From NCBI GenBank assembly GCA_035559235.1, contig DATMBM010000004.1, positions 4,684 to 68,683 of the forward strand: DNA of 64,000 bases, written 5' to 3'. The DNA is from Minisyncoccota bacterium (GTDB lineage: Bacteria > Patescibacteriota > Minisyncoccia > Phycocordibacterales > UBA2100). The stretch's first letter is position 1, and each line of letters begins with the position of its first letter. A program made the translations under genes and the position numbers. The notes beneath the pieces are model-generated. The model did not search any database, was not told the DNA's origin, and saw nothing but the letters and a program-made list of their open reading frames with translations. Shown one piece after another: positions 33,481 through 42,952 of this stretch.

Positions 33481-35256
33481 ATGTCCGCCACCATCCGCAA
33501 CTTCTCAATTATCGCGCACATCGATCACGGCAAGTCCACGCTTGCCGATCGGATGCTTGAACTGACCGGCACCATCGAGAAGCGCGAAATGCGCGCACAA
33601 GTGCTCGACCGGATGGATTTGGAACGCGAGCGCGGGATTACGATCAAGATGCAACCGGTGCGGATGAGCTGGGGCGGGAACGTCCTTAACCTGATCGATA
33701 CGCCGGGGCACGTCGATTTCGCGTATGAAGTTTCCCGCGCCCTCTCCGCGGTCGAAGGCGTCGTCCTTCTTGTCGACGCGACACAGGGCGTCGAAGCGCA
33801 AACGCTTTCCGTCTTGCAAACCGCGCGGGACCTCGGGCGCGTCGTGATTCCTGTCGTCAATAAAATTGATGCGCCACACGCGCGCGTCGACGACGTAAAG
33901 AGCGAACTTGCGCTCCTCTTAAACTGCGACGAGTCGAGCGTGTTGCTCACATCCGGGAAAACCGGGCAGGGAGTCAAGGAGCTTCTGGACGCGATCGTCG
34001 AACGAATTCCGCCACCGGAGCCGCGTGGTGACAAGCTCCAGGCGCTCGTGTACGATTTTTCATATTCCGACCACCGCGGCGTCATTGTGTACTGTCGGCT
34101 CTTCGGCGGAACGGTTGCAAGAGGAGACGCGCTAAAACTCGCCGCTGCGAATGCGCAATTCAATGCGCTGGAAGTAGGCGTGCTCACACCCGACGAAGAG
34201 CCGCGCGACTCATTGACCGAGGGCGAAATCGGCTACATTGTCACCGGCATCAAGAAGCCCGGTATCGCGTCGGTCGGTGACACCGTCGTTTCGGCGCGCA
34301 TGTCCGCGCCCGCGCTTCCGGGATACCGGCAACCGGCGCCGGTCATTTGGGCCTCGGTGTATCCCGAATCACAAGACGATCTCGTGCAGCTGCGCCAGGC
34401 GCTCGAACGGCTCCGCCTCCACGACTCGTCGCTTTCCTACGAAGAAGAATCATCGGGCGTCATGGGAAAGGGCTTCCGGTGCGGTTTTCTGGGCATGCTC
34501 CATCTGGAAATCATCGTCGAGCGCCTGAAGCGGGAATTCAATCTCCCGCTCGTCGTCACGATGCCGACGACCGTCTACGAAGTGACGCGAGCGGACGGCA
34601 CAATCGAAGAAATTTATAATCCGGCGCGATTCCCTGATGATGGCACTGCAACGCGTGTGCGCGAACAATGGGTGAACATCGCGGTCATTACGCCACCGCA
34701 ATTTCTCGGAGGCATCACGCAAATCCTTTTCGACCACGAAGCGGTGGTGGGAGACACCGAAACGCTCCCCGACGGCAAGATCAAGCTCTCTGCCGAAATG
34801 GCGCTCAGAGAGCTGATGCGCACGTTCTTCGATAAGCTCAAGTCCGTCTCGTCGGGCTTCGCGTCGCTCTCCTACGAACTCATCGGTCTGCGCGATGCCG
34901 ATGTCGTGCGGCTCGACGTGCTGGTTGCCGAAGAACTTATGCCCGCCTTTGCTCGCATCGTCTCGCGCCGGCGCGTACAACACGAGGCGGAGCACTTGGT
35001 CGAGAAATTGGAAGAGCTGCTGCCGAAGCAGCTGTTTGAATTGAAGATCCAGGCGAAATCCGGCGGACGCATCATTGCCTCGCGGCGCAAATCAGCGCTT
35101 CGTAAAGACGTGACCGGCTACCTCTACGGCGGTGATATCACGCGCAAGATGAAGCTGCTTGAGAAGCAAAAGAAGGGAAAGAAGAAAATGCTGGCGCGCG
35201 GCAAAGTGGACATTCCGCACGACGTCTTTTTGAAGGTGATCCGAGGAGGGGAATAG
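33481..35256 (+). CDS. lepA: Elongation factor 4 (LepA)
   Basis: G1 motif AHIDHGKST, DTPGHVDF, NKID, and the LepA-specific C-terminal domain. Confidence 0.9.
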   Translation: MSATIRNFSIIAHIDHGKSTLADRMLELTGTIEKREMRAQVLDRMDLERERGITIKMQPVRMSWGGNVLNLIDTPGHVDFAYEVSRALSAVEGVVLLVDATQGVEAQTLSVLQTARDLGRVVIPVVNKIDAPHARVDDVKSELALLLNCDESSVLLTSGKTGQGVKELLDAIVERIPPPEPRGDKLQALVYDFSYSDHRGVIVYCRLFGGTVARGDALKLAAANAQFNALEVGVLTPDEEPRDSLTEGEIGYIVTGIKKPGIASVGDTVVSARMSAPALPGYRQPAPVIWASVYPESQDDLVQLRQALERLRLHDSSLSYEEESSGVMGKGFRCGFLGMLHLEIIVERLKREFNLPLVVTMPTTVYEVTRADGTIEEIYNPARFPDDGTATRVREQWVNIAVITPPQFLGGITQILFDHEAVVGDTETLPDGKIKLSAEMALRELMRTFFDKLKSVSSGFASLSYELIGLRDADVVRLDVLVAEELMPAFARIVSRRRVQHEAEHLVEKLEELLPKQLFELKIQAKSGGRIIASRRKSALRKDVTGYLYGGDITRKMKLLEKQKKGKKKMLARGKVDIPHDVFLKVIRGGE

Positions 35257-35267
35257 CGGCGGGAGCC

Positions 35268-35528
35268 TTACGGCTCCCGAGAAGAAAACAGCGCTGCGAC
35301 GGATCGCAACATGTACGTTAGCAACATGAGTATCAGTATGATCGGCGCTGATACACTTGCGCTCGCCACCAAGGCCATCCAGGCCAGCAGTGCAAGGTCA
35401 GTGCCTAGCGCGTAGTTATTTAAGATGATCCACAGCGTTTCCAGCGGGATGATCACAACGGCGGCCACTAACGCCAATCGGATAGTCATCGCACGTTCTC
35501 CTTGTGAAGTGCCCACGCCGGTGGGCAT
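35268..35528 (-). CDS. Hypothetical small membrane protein
   Basis: Hydrophobic 2-TM ORF. The in-frame MTIRLALVAAVVIIPL… start is also possible. Confidence 0.3.
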   Translation of the reverse strand: MPTGVGTSQGERAMTIRLALVAAVVIIPLETLWIILNNYALGTDLALLAWMALVASASVSAPIILILMLLTYMLRSVAALFSSREP

Positions 35529-35811
35529 CCTGCGCTGACAATATACTGCCGCTTACCGGCAGTCAATTAGTTAAACAGCGTAATCAAAAACTCAGGCAAG
35601 CCCGGCGCGAAAAAGAGCACCATGCCGAAGATGATAAGGACGGCGACGATGCCCCACACGACGTTCAAGACCTTTTTGGTTCTCCGATGGAATAAGAAGC
35701 TCATATTTCAGTGGTACAGCTACAGCACTTCCGTCGTCGCTCGCTCGGAAAAGCCGTAAACGCAATCCCCGGCTTTTCTCTCGCTTCACTAGACGGTAGA
35801 ATCGTACCACT

Positions 35812-36180
35812 ATGGCGACGTTTCAGCAAAGGCGTGACCCGCTGCGCCTCATGTGGCGGCGGCTCGGAGCGATCTTCATGCTCGTCATCATTGCGGTTGC
35901 CCTGCGCGGCGTGTGGGGAGTCTACCAGAAAGCGCAGGAATCGGCCGTCCTTCGCGCCGAGGCCGAAGCCAAACTGGCCGAACTTAAGGACCGAGAGCAC
36001 CAACTCCGCACGGACATCGCCAACCTCAAAAGCGAACGTGGAATAGAGGCGGAGCTGAGAGAGCGCTACGACGTCGCGGGAGAAGGCGAGGGGGTAATTG
36101 TTATCGTCGAGCCGCCAACACCTCCGCCCGAGCCGCCCGCGTCGCGTTTCCAGCAGTTCAGAAACTGGTTTTCCTGGTGA
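35812..36180 (+). CDS. FtsB/DivIC-like septum formation initiator
   Basis: Single TM helix (LGAIFMLVIIAVAL) followed by a coiled coil and then a Pro-rich tail. A TAGAAT box lies 9 nt upstream. Confidence 0.55.
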   Translation: MATFQQRRDPLRLMWRRLGAIFMLVIIAVALRGVWGVYQKAQESAVLRAEAEAKLAELKDREHQLRTDIANLKSERGIEAELRERYDVAGEGEGVIVIVEPPTPPPEPPASRFQQFRNWFSW

Positions 36181-36195
36181 AATATGGTATAGTGT

Positions 36196-36508
36196 TGTCC
36201 TGCGCTAAGCAGCCGCTTCGTCCAAGACGGAGAGGAAAGTCCGGACACGCGTGATTCAGTTCAAATGGTAGCGGGTAACGCCCGCCCGGGTAATCCGAGG
36301 GATGCGAACAGAGACGTCCGAGCCGAGAGGCGAGGAGATCCGCAAGGATCAGCTGATACGGAAACGTATCAGGTGCAACGGCAAAATTCCTACCTGCGTG
36401 CAAGGTCGTGTCACCCAACATGGGTGGAGAACCGCTCGAGGTGGTTGGTAACAACCATCCCAGATACATGGCTGCTCTCGACAGAATCCGGCTTATTGTG
36501 CAGCGAAC
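36196..36508 (+). ncRNA. rnpB: RNase P RNA (bacterial type), compact at about 310 nt
   Basis: Conserved P4 5' strand GAGGAAAGUCCGGAC at 36232-36246 and P4 3' strand ACAGAAUCCGGCUUAU at 36481-36496. A short P3 hairpin (CGUCcaaGACG) is present. The 5' and 3' ends are approximate. Confidence 0.7.
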
Positions 36509-36510
36509 GA

Positions 36511-36537
36511 GCGAGGCGAAAAAGCCTCGCTTTTTCG
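36511..36537 (+). terminator. Rho-independent terminator after rnpB
   Basis: GCGAGGC-gaaaaa-GCCTCGC followed by TTTTT. Confidence 0.6.
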
Positions 36538-36608
36538 TTTCCGAGAGAGCAAACAAAAAACATAGTGAGTATCGCGCATAGCGAGCAACGCAAGCACGCG
36601 TTGCTCGT

Positions 36609-39023
36609 TTGCGTTCGAATGATGAAAATCTGTGGAAATCATCACGCAAGGTGAGCGGATTTCGCATGGTATTCTATATATCCATGGCTCCAACCGCACA
36701 CAGCGGCGCAGTGGCAGTCCTTGACGGCATTGCGCGGCTTGCACTTATCGGCTTCGTTGCGCTGCTTCCCATATTCGTCATCCCTTTTCCGTGGGCGTCG
36801 ATTCCGCAGTCCAAAATGATTTTTATCGCTCTCGTCGCGCTTATCGTCGCGCTCATCTGGGCGCTCGCACGTCTCATTGAGGGCAAGATTGATATCCCGC
36901 GCGTCTCGTTGATGTGGGCGGTGTTGTTGCTGCCTATTGCATACGCCGTCTCGGTTGCCGCCACCGGTTTTACGGGAGCATCCCTTGTCGGACAGGGGAT
37001 CGAGCAAGACACACTAACCGCCGTCACGATGTGGTACGTAATTTTCGCGCTCACCGCACTTTTGTTTGCCGGCCATTCCGCGGGACTGCGCGCCATGCTT
37101 CGGGCGCTCGTCGTCGGGCTGACAATCTTTTTCGGGTTGCAGGTGCTGTATATTTTCTTCCCGACTTGGTTTAGTCTCGGCGTCCTGCAAGGACCGACGG
37201 CGAATGCGCTTGGGAGCTGGCATGATCTTGGTATTGTCGCGTCCCTCGGCCTCTTTCTCTCGGTGGTTCTCGTGCGCGGCGGCGCATTCGCCGGGACGTG
37301 GCGCATCGCGCTTGCGGCGCTCGGCATTCTTTCTACCTTTCTAATTATCGTCGTCCATTTTACGGACATACTCTGGGGAGCCGCGGCGCTGCTCGTACTT
37401 GCATGGGGCATTCTTGTGCGCGGACGCCTGCATGCAGACGGTCTACCGCTTTCACAAGCGGTCGCGCGGACGATAGCTGTCCCCCTTCTTGCCATTCTCT
37501 TTGGGTTCGCAGCGGCGTTTGGCACTCAGGTGTGGGGCAAGCTGCCGGCCCCCATCCTTATCACGGAGGTCGAGGTCCGGCCGTCGTGGCAGGGAACGCT
37601 CGATGTCGGGCGCCAATCGCTCGGCGCGCCCTCGTCGCTTCTCTTTGGTACCGGACCGAATTCGTTCATCCGCGAATGGGCGGAGCATAAGCCGGCTGGC
37701 GTGAATGTGACGCCGTTTTGGAACGCCGATTTCAACTACGGTATCGGCATCATCCCGACCTCCGTCTTCACGGCGGGGCTTGTTGGCACGATCGCCTGGA
37801 GTGCAATCGTTCTCGCGATCCTCGCGCTCGGGTGGCGTTTCGCGTCTCTCATCATGCGTCGCGAGTACACCGGAGCGATGCTCCCGCTCTCGAGCCGTCA
37901 CACGTTGTTCGGCGCTCTGCTTGTAGGCGCCGCGTACCTTCTCATATTCCACCTCATCTATACGCCCGGCCCGGCATTTACGAGCATTATGTTCGTGATT
38001 TTCGGCCTACTCGCAGCCGTCGCGAATGATAACCCCGTTCGCACGGTTTCCACGGAAAATATGACAAGCGCGATCGCGTTCGCACTCCTCATCCTCCTCG
38101 TCGTGCCTGCCGGATTTGCCTCAGGCATTACGGCGCGGGAAGTCGTGTCAAACCTCCACGTCAACCGTAGCGCCGCAGCGTTCCGTGACAACGGCAATGT
38201 CGCAGAATCGGGACGCATGATTGAGATGGCGCTTGCCATCTCTCCGCGCAATGATCGCGCGCACCGCGCCGCATCCGAACTTGGACTCGTCGAATTGTCG
38301 CAACTCCTCGCAAACGGCAATCCGGAAACTCAGGAGGCGCTTACAAAGCTTCAGGAAACGCTGCAGCAAACGATCCAGCACGGCCTGACGGCAGTGGAAA
38401 TCGACGACGCAAATTACCAGAACTGGCTCGTCCTCGCGCAAGTGTATGACTCACTGGCAGGAGTCAACGTCGAAGGCGCGTATGAAGAAGCTCAGCGGAC
38501 GTATGAACGCGCGTTTGAGGCGAATCCGACGAATCCGGTCCCGAAACTACGGCTGGCGCAGCTTGCCGTCGTACGCGGCGACAATGCGACGGCGCGTACG
38601 CATCTCCAGGAAGCACTCGCACTAAAACAAAATTTCGCCGCGGCGTATTTCCTGCTCTCACAAGTCGAAGCGGCCGACGGTAACAATGAGGAGGCGATAC
38701 AGGCGGCCGCAACCGCCGTACAGCTCGTGCCGAATGATCCGGTTGGCTGGTTCAACCTCGGCTACATTTTGTATCTCGGTGACGTGTTTGTGGACGCGGC
38801 GGCGGCGCTCGAACAGGCGATCGCGCGCGCAAACGACTACGCGAACGCGTACTTCTTCCTCGGCTCCGCATACTATGAATTAGGCCGTCCAGAAGATGCC
38901 GTGCTTGCGTTCCAGCGTGTCCTCGAATTGAACCCGTCGGAAACGTGGCTCAACGACGTCATCAACAATATCGAATCCGGCAACGAGCCGTTTGAAGGGA
39001 TATCGCAAGCGGGGGAGCAGTAA
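36609..39023 (+). CDS. Polytopic membrane protein (about 12 TM helices) with C-terminal TPR repeats; possibly an O-antigen-ligase-like or glycosyltransferase-like protein
   Basis: About 470 hydrophobic N-terminal residues, then TPR units (AYFLLSQVEAADGNNEEAIQ…AYFFLGSAYYELGRPEDAVLAFQRVLELNP). The start may be at 36667. Confidence 0.65.
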   Translation: MRSNDENLWKSSRKVSGFRMVFYISMAPTAHSGAVAVLDGIARLALIGFVALLPIFVIPFPWASIPQSKMIFIALVALIVALIWALARLIEGKIDIPRVSLMWAVLLLPIAYAVSVAATGFTGASLVGQGIEQDTLTAVTMWYVIFALTALLFAGHSAGLRAMLRALVVGLTIFFGLQVLYIFFPTWFSLGVLQGPTANALGSWHDLGIVASLGLFLSVVLVRGGAFAGTWRIALAALGILSTFLIIVVHFTDILWGAAALLVLAWGILVRGRLHADGLPLSQAVARTIAVPLLAILFGFAAAFGTQVWGKLPAPILITEVEVRPSWQGTLDVGRQSLGAPSSLLFGTGPNSFIREWAEHKPAGVNVTPFWNADFNYGIGIIPTSVFTAGLVGTIAWSAIVLAILALGWRFASLIMRREYTGAMLPLSSRHTLFGALLVGAAYLLIFHLIYTPGPAFTSIMFVIFGLLAAVANDNPVRTVSTENMTSAIAFALLILLVVPAGFASGITAREVVSNLHVNRSAAAFRDNGNVAESGRMIEMALAISPRNDRAHRAASELGLVELSQLLANGNPETQEALTKLQETLQQTIQHGLTAVEIDDANYQNWLVLAQVYDSLAGVNVEGAYEEAQRTYERAFEANPTNPVPKLRLAQLAVVRGDNATARTHLQEALALKQNFAAAYFLLSQVEAADGNNEEAIQAAATAVQLVPNDPVGWFNLGYILYLGDVFVDAAAALEQAIARANDYANAYFFLGSAYYELGRPEDAVLAFQRVLELNPSETWLNDVINNIESGNEPFEGISQAGEQ

Positions 39024-39025
39024 GC

Positions 39026-39667
39026 TTACTTCTCTCCGTCCGCCACCCGCCAGAGGTACCACGACGCCACTGACGCGTGTTCGCGCCACTCTTTGGCCAG
39101 CTTTTCCATATGCGTGGGCGTCGGCAGTGTGCGTAGTTTGTAGACGATCTGAAAGCCCTTCCTGATGCCAAGGTCACCGGTCGGCAGGATGTCGAGGCGG
39201 TTCAGGGTGAAGATCAGGAACATATGCGCAGTCCACACGCCAACACCCCTTACCTGCGTGACATGCGTGATGATTTCGTCGCTCGACATGCGGGCAAATT
39301 TTTTCGGATCGATCGTTCCGTCGGCGAATTTCTGCGCAAGATCCTTGAGATAGGCGACTTTTTGGGCGGAGAGGCCGGCGGAGCGCAGGCTCTTCCGCGG
39401 CATAGCGAGAACCTCTTCAGGCTTCGGAAACGCGCGCGCGACGGGCTTCTCCCAGTCGATGGGCCCCGGCGGCAGGTTGATGTTAAAGAGCGCCACGAAG
39501 CGCCGGTAAATGGAGAGCGCGGCGGAGCCGGAGATTTGCTGGTAGATAATCGCGCGTGCGAGCGACTGGAATGCGTTCCTACCACGGCGCAGTTTTGGCG
39601 GTCCGTGTTTTCGGATGAGCGGCCCGAAATGCTTGTGCCGCCGCAAGAAGTGCAGTGATTTTTCCAC
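39026..39667 (-). CDS. HhH-GPD base-excision DNA glycosylase (AlkA-like 3-methyladenine glycosylase II)
   Basis: HhH-GPD motif VRGVGVWTAHMFLIFTLNRLDILPTGDLGIRKG. GTG start with a TACACT box 6 nt upstream. Confidence 0.7.
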   Translation of the reverse strand: MEKSLHFLRRHKHFGPLIRKHGPPKLRRGRNAFQSLARAIIYQQISGSAALSIYRRFVALFNINLPPGPIDWEKPVARAFPKPEEVLAMPRKSLRSAGLSAQKVAYLKDLAQKFADGTIDPKKFARMSSDEIITHVTQVRGVGVWTAHMFLIFTLNRLDILPTGDLGIRKGFQIVYKLRTLPTPTHMEKLAKEWREHASVASWYLWRVADGEK

Positions 39668-39684
39668 GCGCCGAGTGTAGCACC

Positions 39685-40008
39685 CTATTTGCGCACTTCA
39701 AACGATGTGACGGTGATGCCGTATTTGTCGGCGATGTATTCGAAATCGGCGACCAGCGCGATGTGGCCGTCTTCGTACCAGACCGTGCCGCGACCGTCTT
39801 TTGCCTCGATCTCGGTAACGTACAACGTGCCGCCGAGGACTGCCGGTTCGGGAGAAAGCATTGCAATGTTCTGTCGTACGTATTCTTCGACGCTGGGGAT
39901 GCGCTGGTCATCGGGCGTCCCTATGGGCGCCTCGACGATGCCGGCAAAGTAGGCGTATGCGCCAATCGCAACCGCAACGGCAATGAGGAGAACCAGGAAG
40001 CGCTGCAT
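39685..40008 (-). CDS. Hypothetical secreted/anchored small protein
   Basis: Signal anchor MQRFLVLLIAVAVAIGAYAYFAG. An extended -10 box TGcTAGCAT (40015-40023, minus strand) sits 6 nt upstream of the ATG. Confidence 0.45.
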   Translation of the reverse strand: MQRFLVLLIAVAVAIGAYAYFAGIVEAPIGTPDDQRIPSVEEYVRQNIAMLSPEPAVLGGTLYVTEIEAKDGRGTVWYEDGHIALVADFEYIADKYGITVTSFEVRK

Positions 40009-40077
40009 GAGCGAATGCTAGCATGGAAGGTGCATGATAAAAATGCCGTCGCGGCGGCCGTCGCGGCGGCGGTTTTT

Positions 40078-40467
40078 CTAGCCGGGACAAAGTGCGTCGA
40101 TCAATGCTTTCTTAAGTTCGTCCTGGCTGAAAGGTTTCGAAACGTGTCGTATATTTTTCAACCCGCTCGTATCTTCGATCATGGCCTTGCTATAGCCTGA
40201 TACGAATACGAAGGGAATTTCCCTCTCCAGCAGCAGTCTTGCCACAGCACATGAAGATTCGCCGTGTACCGTCTCGTTAACACAAGCGAGATGGACCGTA
40301 CCCTCATTCACGTGCCGCAACGCATCGTCGATGTTTTTTACTGCGACCGCATGGGCGCCCCACTCCGCCAGAAGCGCCTGCAACTCCATGCTGATAAGCG
40401 GATGGTCTTCAAGTATCAGCACTACCGCACCTATGAGAATATCTGGCCTCGACGCAATACTTGGCAT
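40078..40467 (-). CDS. Stand-alone receiver (REC) domain protein whose phospho-acceptor position appears atypical
   Basis: CheY-like pattern VLILEDHPL…HLACVNE…IPFVFVSGY…SKPF. The expected Asp of the LxxD motif appears replaced (CVNE). Start chosen at the ATG that has a GGAGG Shine-Dalgarno. Confidence 0.5.
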   Translation of the reverse strand: MPSIASRPDILIGAVVLILEDHPLISMELQALLAEWGAHAVAVKNIDDALRHVNEGTVHLACVNETVHGESSCAVARLLLEREIPFVFVSGYSKAMIEDTSGLKNIRHVSKPFSQDELKKALIDALCPG

Positions 40468-40486
40468 TAACATCCTCCTCGGCACT

Positions 40487-40500
40487 TGGTCACGTGACCA
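40487..40500. promoter_or_regulatory. Perfect 14-bp palindrome TGGTCACGTGACCA, a candidate operator
   Basis: Lies immediately upstream of the receiver gene in a 200-nt intergenic region. Confidence 0.3.
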
Positions 40501-40690
40501 GTGTAACTATATCAAAACCGACCGTTCGTCCGGTGAGATGCTGAGCTGGCGGTAAATCCCTGCGTGTAGGGGAGGCTAACGGGTCAATTGCAATCGTAAC
40601 GCCGACATTCACAGCACATTCACTTTTTGGATGATCATTTGAGAACTATGTCACACAGGCTGAGGTGGGCGAGAACAGTATTGCGAGGTA

Positions 40691-41134
40691 CTAAGTCCCG
40701 GGCTCTCGATACTCGGAGTAGAAAATGTTGTTCTGAATGCAGTCGAACGCGATACGCATATAAGGGATAATATTCTCAGGCAATTGGTTGATGGGGTGCC
40801 AACTGAGATCATCACATTTTTCAGGTTCCAAGTTTGTTGGCTCGCCTTCCCAGTGTGCGGGAATCAGGTGGAAATCGATGTATTCGCGGTCAGCGGTAAT
40901 GCGATGTTGGGCATGAACCACCCGAAGATCTGTCGCCACCAGATCGATATCGGCTTCTTCTTTTGCCTCTCGCACCATAGCGTCGGCAATCGTCTCGTTT
41001 CCATCAACATGGCCGGCCACCACGCCATACAGTCCGTCTTTCCAGCCGGTATTGTGGCGTCTCAGGAGGAGAATGCCACCGTCTCGCACAAGGTGCAGGT
41101 TAGCAGAGACATACATTTTAAATTTCTCAGCCAT
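40691..41134 (-). CDS. NUDIX hydrolase
   Basis: Nudix box GHVDGNETIADAMVREAKEEADIDL. Confidence 0.75.
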   Translation of the reverse strand: MAEKFKMYVSANLHLVRDGGILLLRRHNTGWKDGLYGVVAGHVDGNETIADAMVREAKEEADIDLVATDLRVVHAQHRITADREYIDFHLIPAHWEGEPTNLEPEKCDDLSWHPINQLPENIIPYMRIAFDCIQNNIFYSEYREPGT

Positions 41135-41135
41135 A

Positions 41136-41936
41136 TCATCGTCTCAGGACGTCTTTCTTATAGTGCTTCAAGTATGCCACGACGATAAACGAGATGATGA
41201 CAAGCAGAAACCACGACGTGATCTTGTTGGTCGACACGACGCTCCACGCATGGATTTGGCTCGGGTATTTCCAGGCGCCGTAGAACGTGGAGATGTTTTC
41301 GGCGAGCCAGATAAAGAATGCGATCAGACAGAACGCAAGGGCGAGCGGCATACTGCGGCGCTCCTTCGTGACAAGAAACGTGACACTTGTGTGCGCAAAG
41401 AGCAGGAAAACTGCGGGAATGAGGACGAGTCGCAGGTCCGGTATGAAGTAGTTTGCGAAAAAATTAAGATAGATGATGATGCCAAGTATAAGTACAACAA
41501 GGTAGTTCGGCGGGTTTTCCAACTCAAGTTTAAAGATGCGCCAGGCCTGCGCGATGTAGCTGCCGACCGCCGCGTACATGAATCCGGCAAACAGGGGAAC
41601 GGTCGCAATTTTGAAAAATGCCTCTTCAGGATAGGTCCAGGAGCCGACCGCCGGATGCGTCTTGAAAAGCTCAAGCGCGGTCCCGAGGACGTGGAAGAGG
41701 AAAATTGTTTTCACCTCGTCCCACGTCTCAATTTTGGTAAGAAGCAGGACGATCTGCAGGAAAAGCGCGGCAAGGAACAAAAAGTCATAGCGATGGAGTC
41801 CAAAGAGGGGGATATGGTGCGAAAGAAACAGGAGCACGAAAAACGACCCCGCGAATATACATGCCCGCGCCTCCTTAGTGCCGAAAACAAAAAACTCCCA
41901 CAGGTAACTCCGCATGTCGGCGATCGTTTGCGGCAT
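41136..41936 (-). CDS. DUF817-family integral membrane protein
   Basis: About 8 TM helices with the pattern YLWEFFVFGTKEARACIFAGSFF… typical of DUF817. Start chosen at the internal Met MPQTIADM. Lower local GC. Confidence 0.55.
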   Translation of the reverse strand: MPQTIADMRSYLWEFFVFGTKEARACIFAGSFFVLLFLSHHIPLFGLHRYDFLFLAALFLQIVLLLTKIETWDEVKTIFLFHVLGTALELFKTHPAVGSWTYPEEAFFKIATVPLFAGFMYAAVGSYIAQAWRIFKLELENPPNYLVVLILGIIIYLNFFANYFIPDLRLVLIPAVFLLFAHTSVTFLVTKERRSMPLALAFCLIAFFIWLAENISTFYGAWKYPSQIHAWSVVSTNKITSWFLLVIISFIVVAYLKHYKKDVLRR

Positions 41937-41987
41937 CAGGGCATTGTACCGCGGCGTCTGCGCAGAATTTTTGACTTGCTTTGAGGA

Positions 41988-42584
41988 GTGTTGTATTTTC
42001 TGTCGAGGCAAACGGATAGGAGGTGTGCCGTGGTCATCATTGGCATATCCGGCGTAAACGTCAAAGAAAACGACGAATCCCATTGGGACAACCTGGAAAT
42101 CGCGCTGAAAGAGCAACTTCCGCATGCGAAGTTCGTCGTTGAGCGGGAGCTCAATTGCCGCCCGTACAGTTTTTCACGCCTGCGGCAGCTAGCCTACAGG
42201 ATTGCGCTAAAGCACGATACGGGAGAAGAAATCGTGCTATTGGGGAAAAGTGCGGGCGGGATCGTTGCGCTTATCGTCGCCTCGCTCCTAAAAAATTCTC
42301 GTGTGCTCTTGATTGCCACTCTCTTTGCGCCACATCAATTCCCATTGTGGGGAGCGTATCGCTGGCTTCTGGGGGCCCCGCGCGATCCTGGTGTACCGAT
42401 CATCACGTTCCAAATGGTAGGCGACCGACTCGTGTGGTGGGGTGCACGGCATCCGCTTTCAAAATCGCACGTGGTATTGCGCTCGAATGTCCGCCATGCG
42501 CATAAGTATGCGCTGGTCAATGACCTTGAACTCGCCCGCGTCGTCGCTCGGCACGTTAAAGAAGCCCTCTTTCCCTCGGCCTGA
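41988..42584 (+). CDS. Alpha/beta-hydrolase-fold protein (nucleophile motif GKSAG)
   Basis: VLLGKSAGGIVALIV resembles a G-x-S-x-G nucleophile elbow. The start codon is uncertain. Confidence 0.45.
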   Translation: MLYFLSRQTDRRCAVVIIGISGVNVKENDESHWDNLEIALKEQLPHAKFVVERELNCRPYSFSRLRQLAYRIALKHDTGEEIVLLGKSAGGIVALIVASLLKNSRVLLIATLFAPHQFPLWGAYRWLLGAPRDPGVPIITFQMVGDRLVWWGARHPLSKSHVVLRSNVRHAHKYALVNDLELARVVARHVKEALFPSA

Positions 42585-42783
42585 AGCCTCTGCGCTTCAG
42601 GCCGCTTCTGCGTGACGGATGACCCTAAGGGGAATCTGCGTCAGCTCACTAAACTCGCTGCGTTCGTTAAGTGGCTTCTGCCCGGGCTCGCCCGTTGCCA
42701 AGGCGACATGGCTCCGCCTTTCGATTCCCGCACGCGACGTGCGAGGGCACGTCGCTTAGGATCAAATTTCCGTCCGGAAAATT

Positions 42784-42855
42784 TGACCCTAGCGGGAATC
42801 GAACCCGCGTTAACAGCTTGAAAAGCTGCTGTCCTAACCACTAGACGATAGGGCC
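42784..42855 (-). tRNA. tRNA-Glu (anticodon UUC)
   Basis: Reverse complement reads GGCCCTA-TC-GTCT-AGTGGTTA-GGAC-A-GCAGC-TTTTCAA-GCTGT-TAAC-GCGGG-TTCGATT-CCCGC-TAGGGTC-A. This is a 72-nt cloverleaf with T-loop TTCGATT and no encoded CCA. Confidence 0.85.
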
Positions 42856-42952
42856 GTTGTGTCGGCGTACGCCGCACAATATAGCCTATTTATTCAGGAA
42901 TTTGAAGTGGTGTCGGAATCATGTCAGAAACCTCGTGCTATGCTTTTTAACC

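Noticed and set aside
36158-36667. ORFs 36158-36667 (minus) and 36265-36654 (plus) of about 130-170 aa
   Set aside because: They overlap the RNase P RNA gene, whose conserved P4 strands are unmistakable. They are called only because the RNA is GC-rich and stop-poor.
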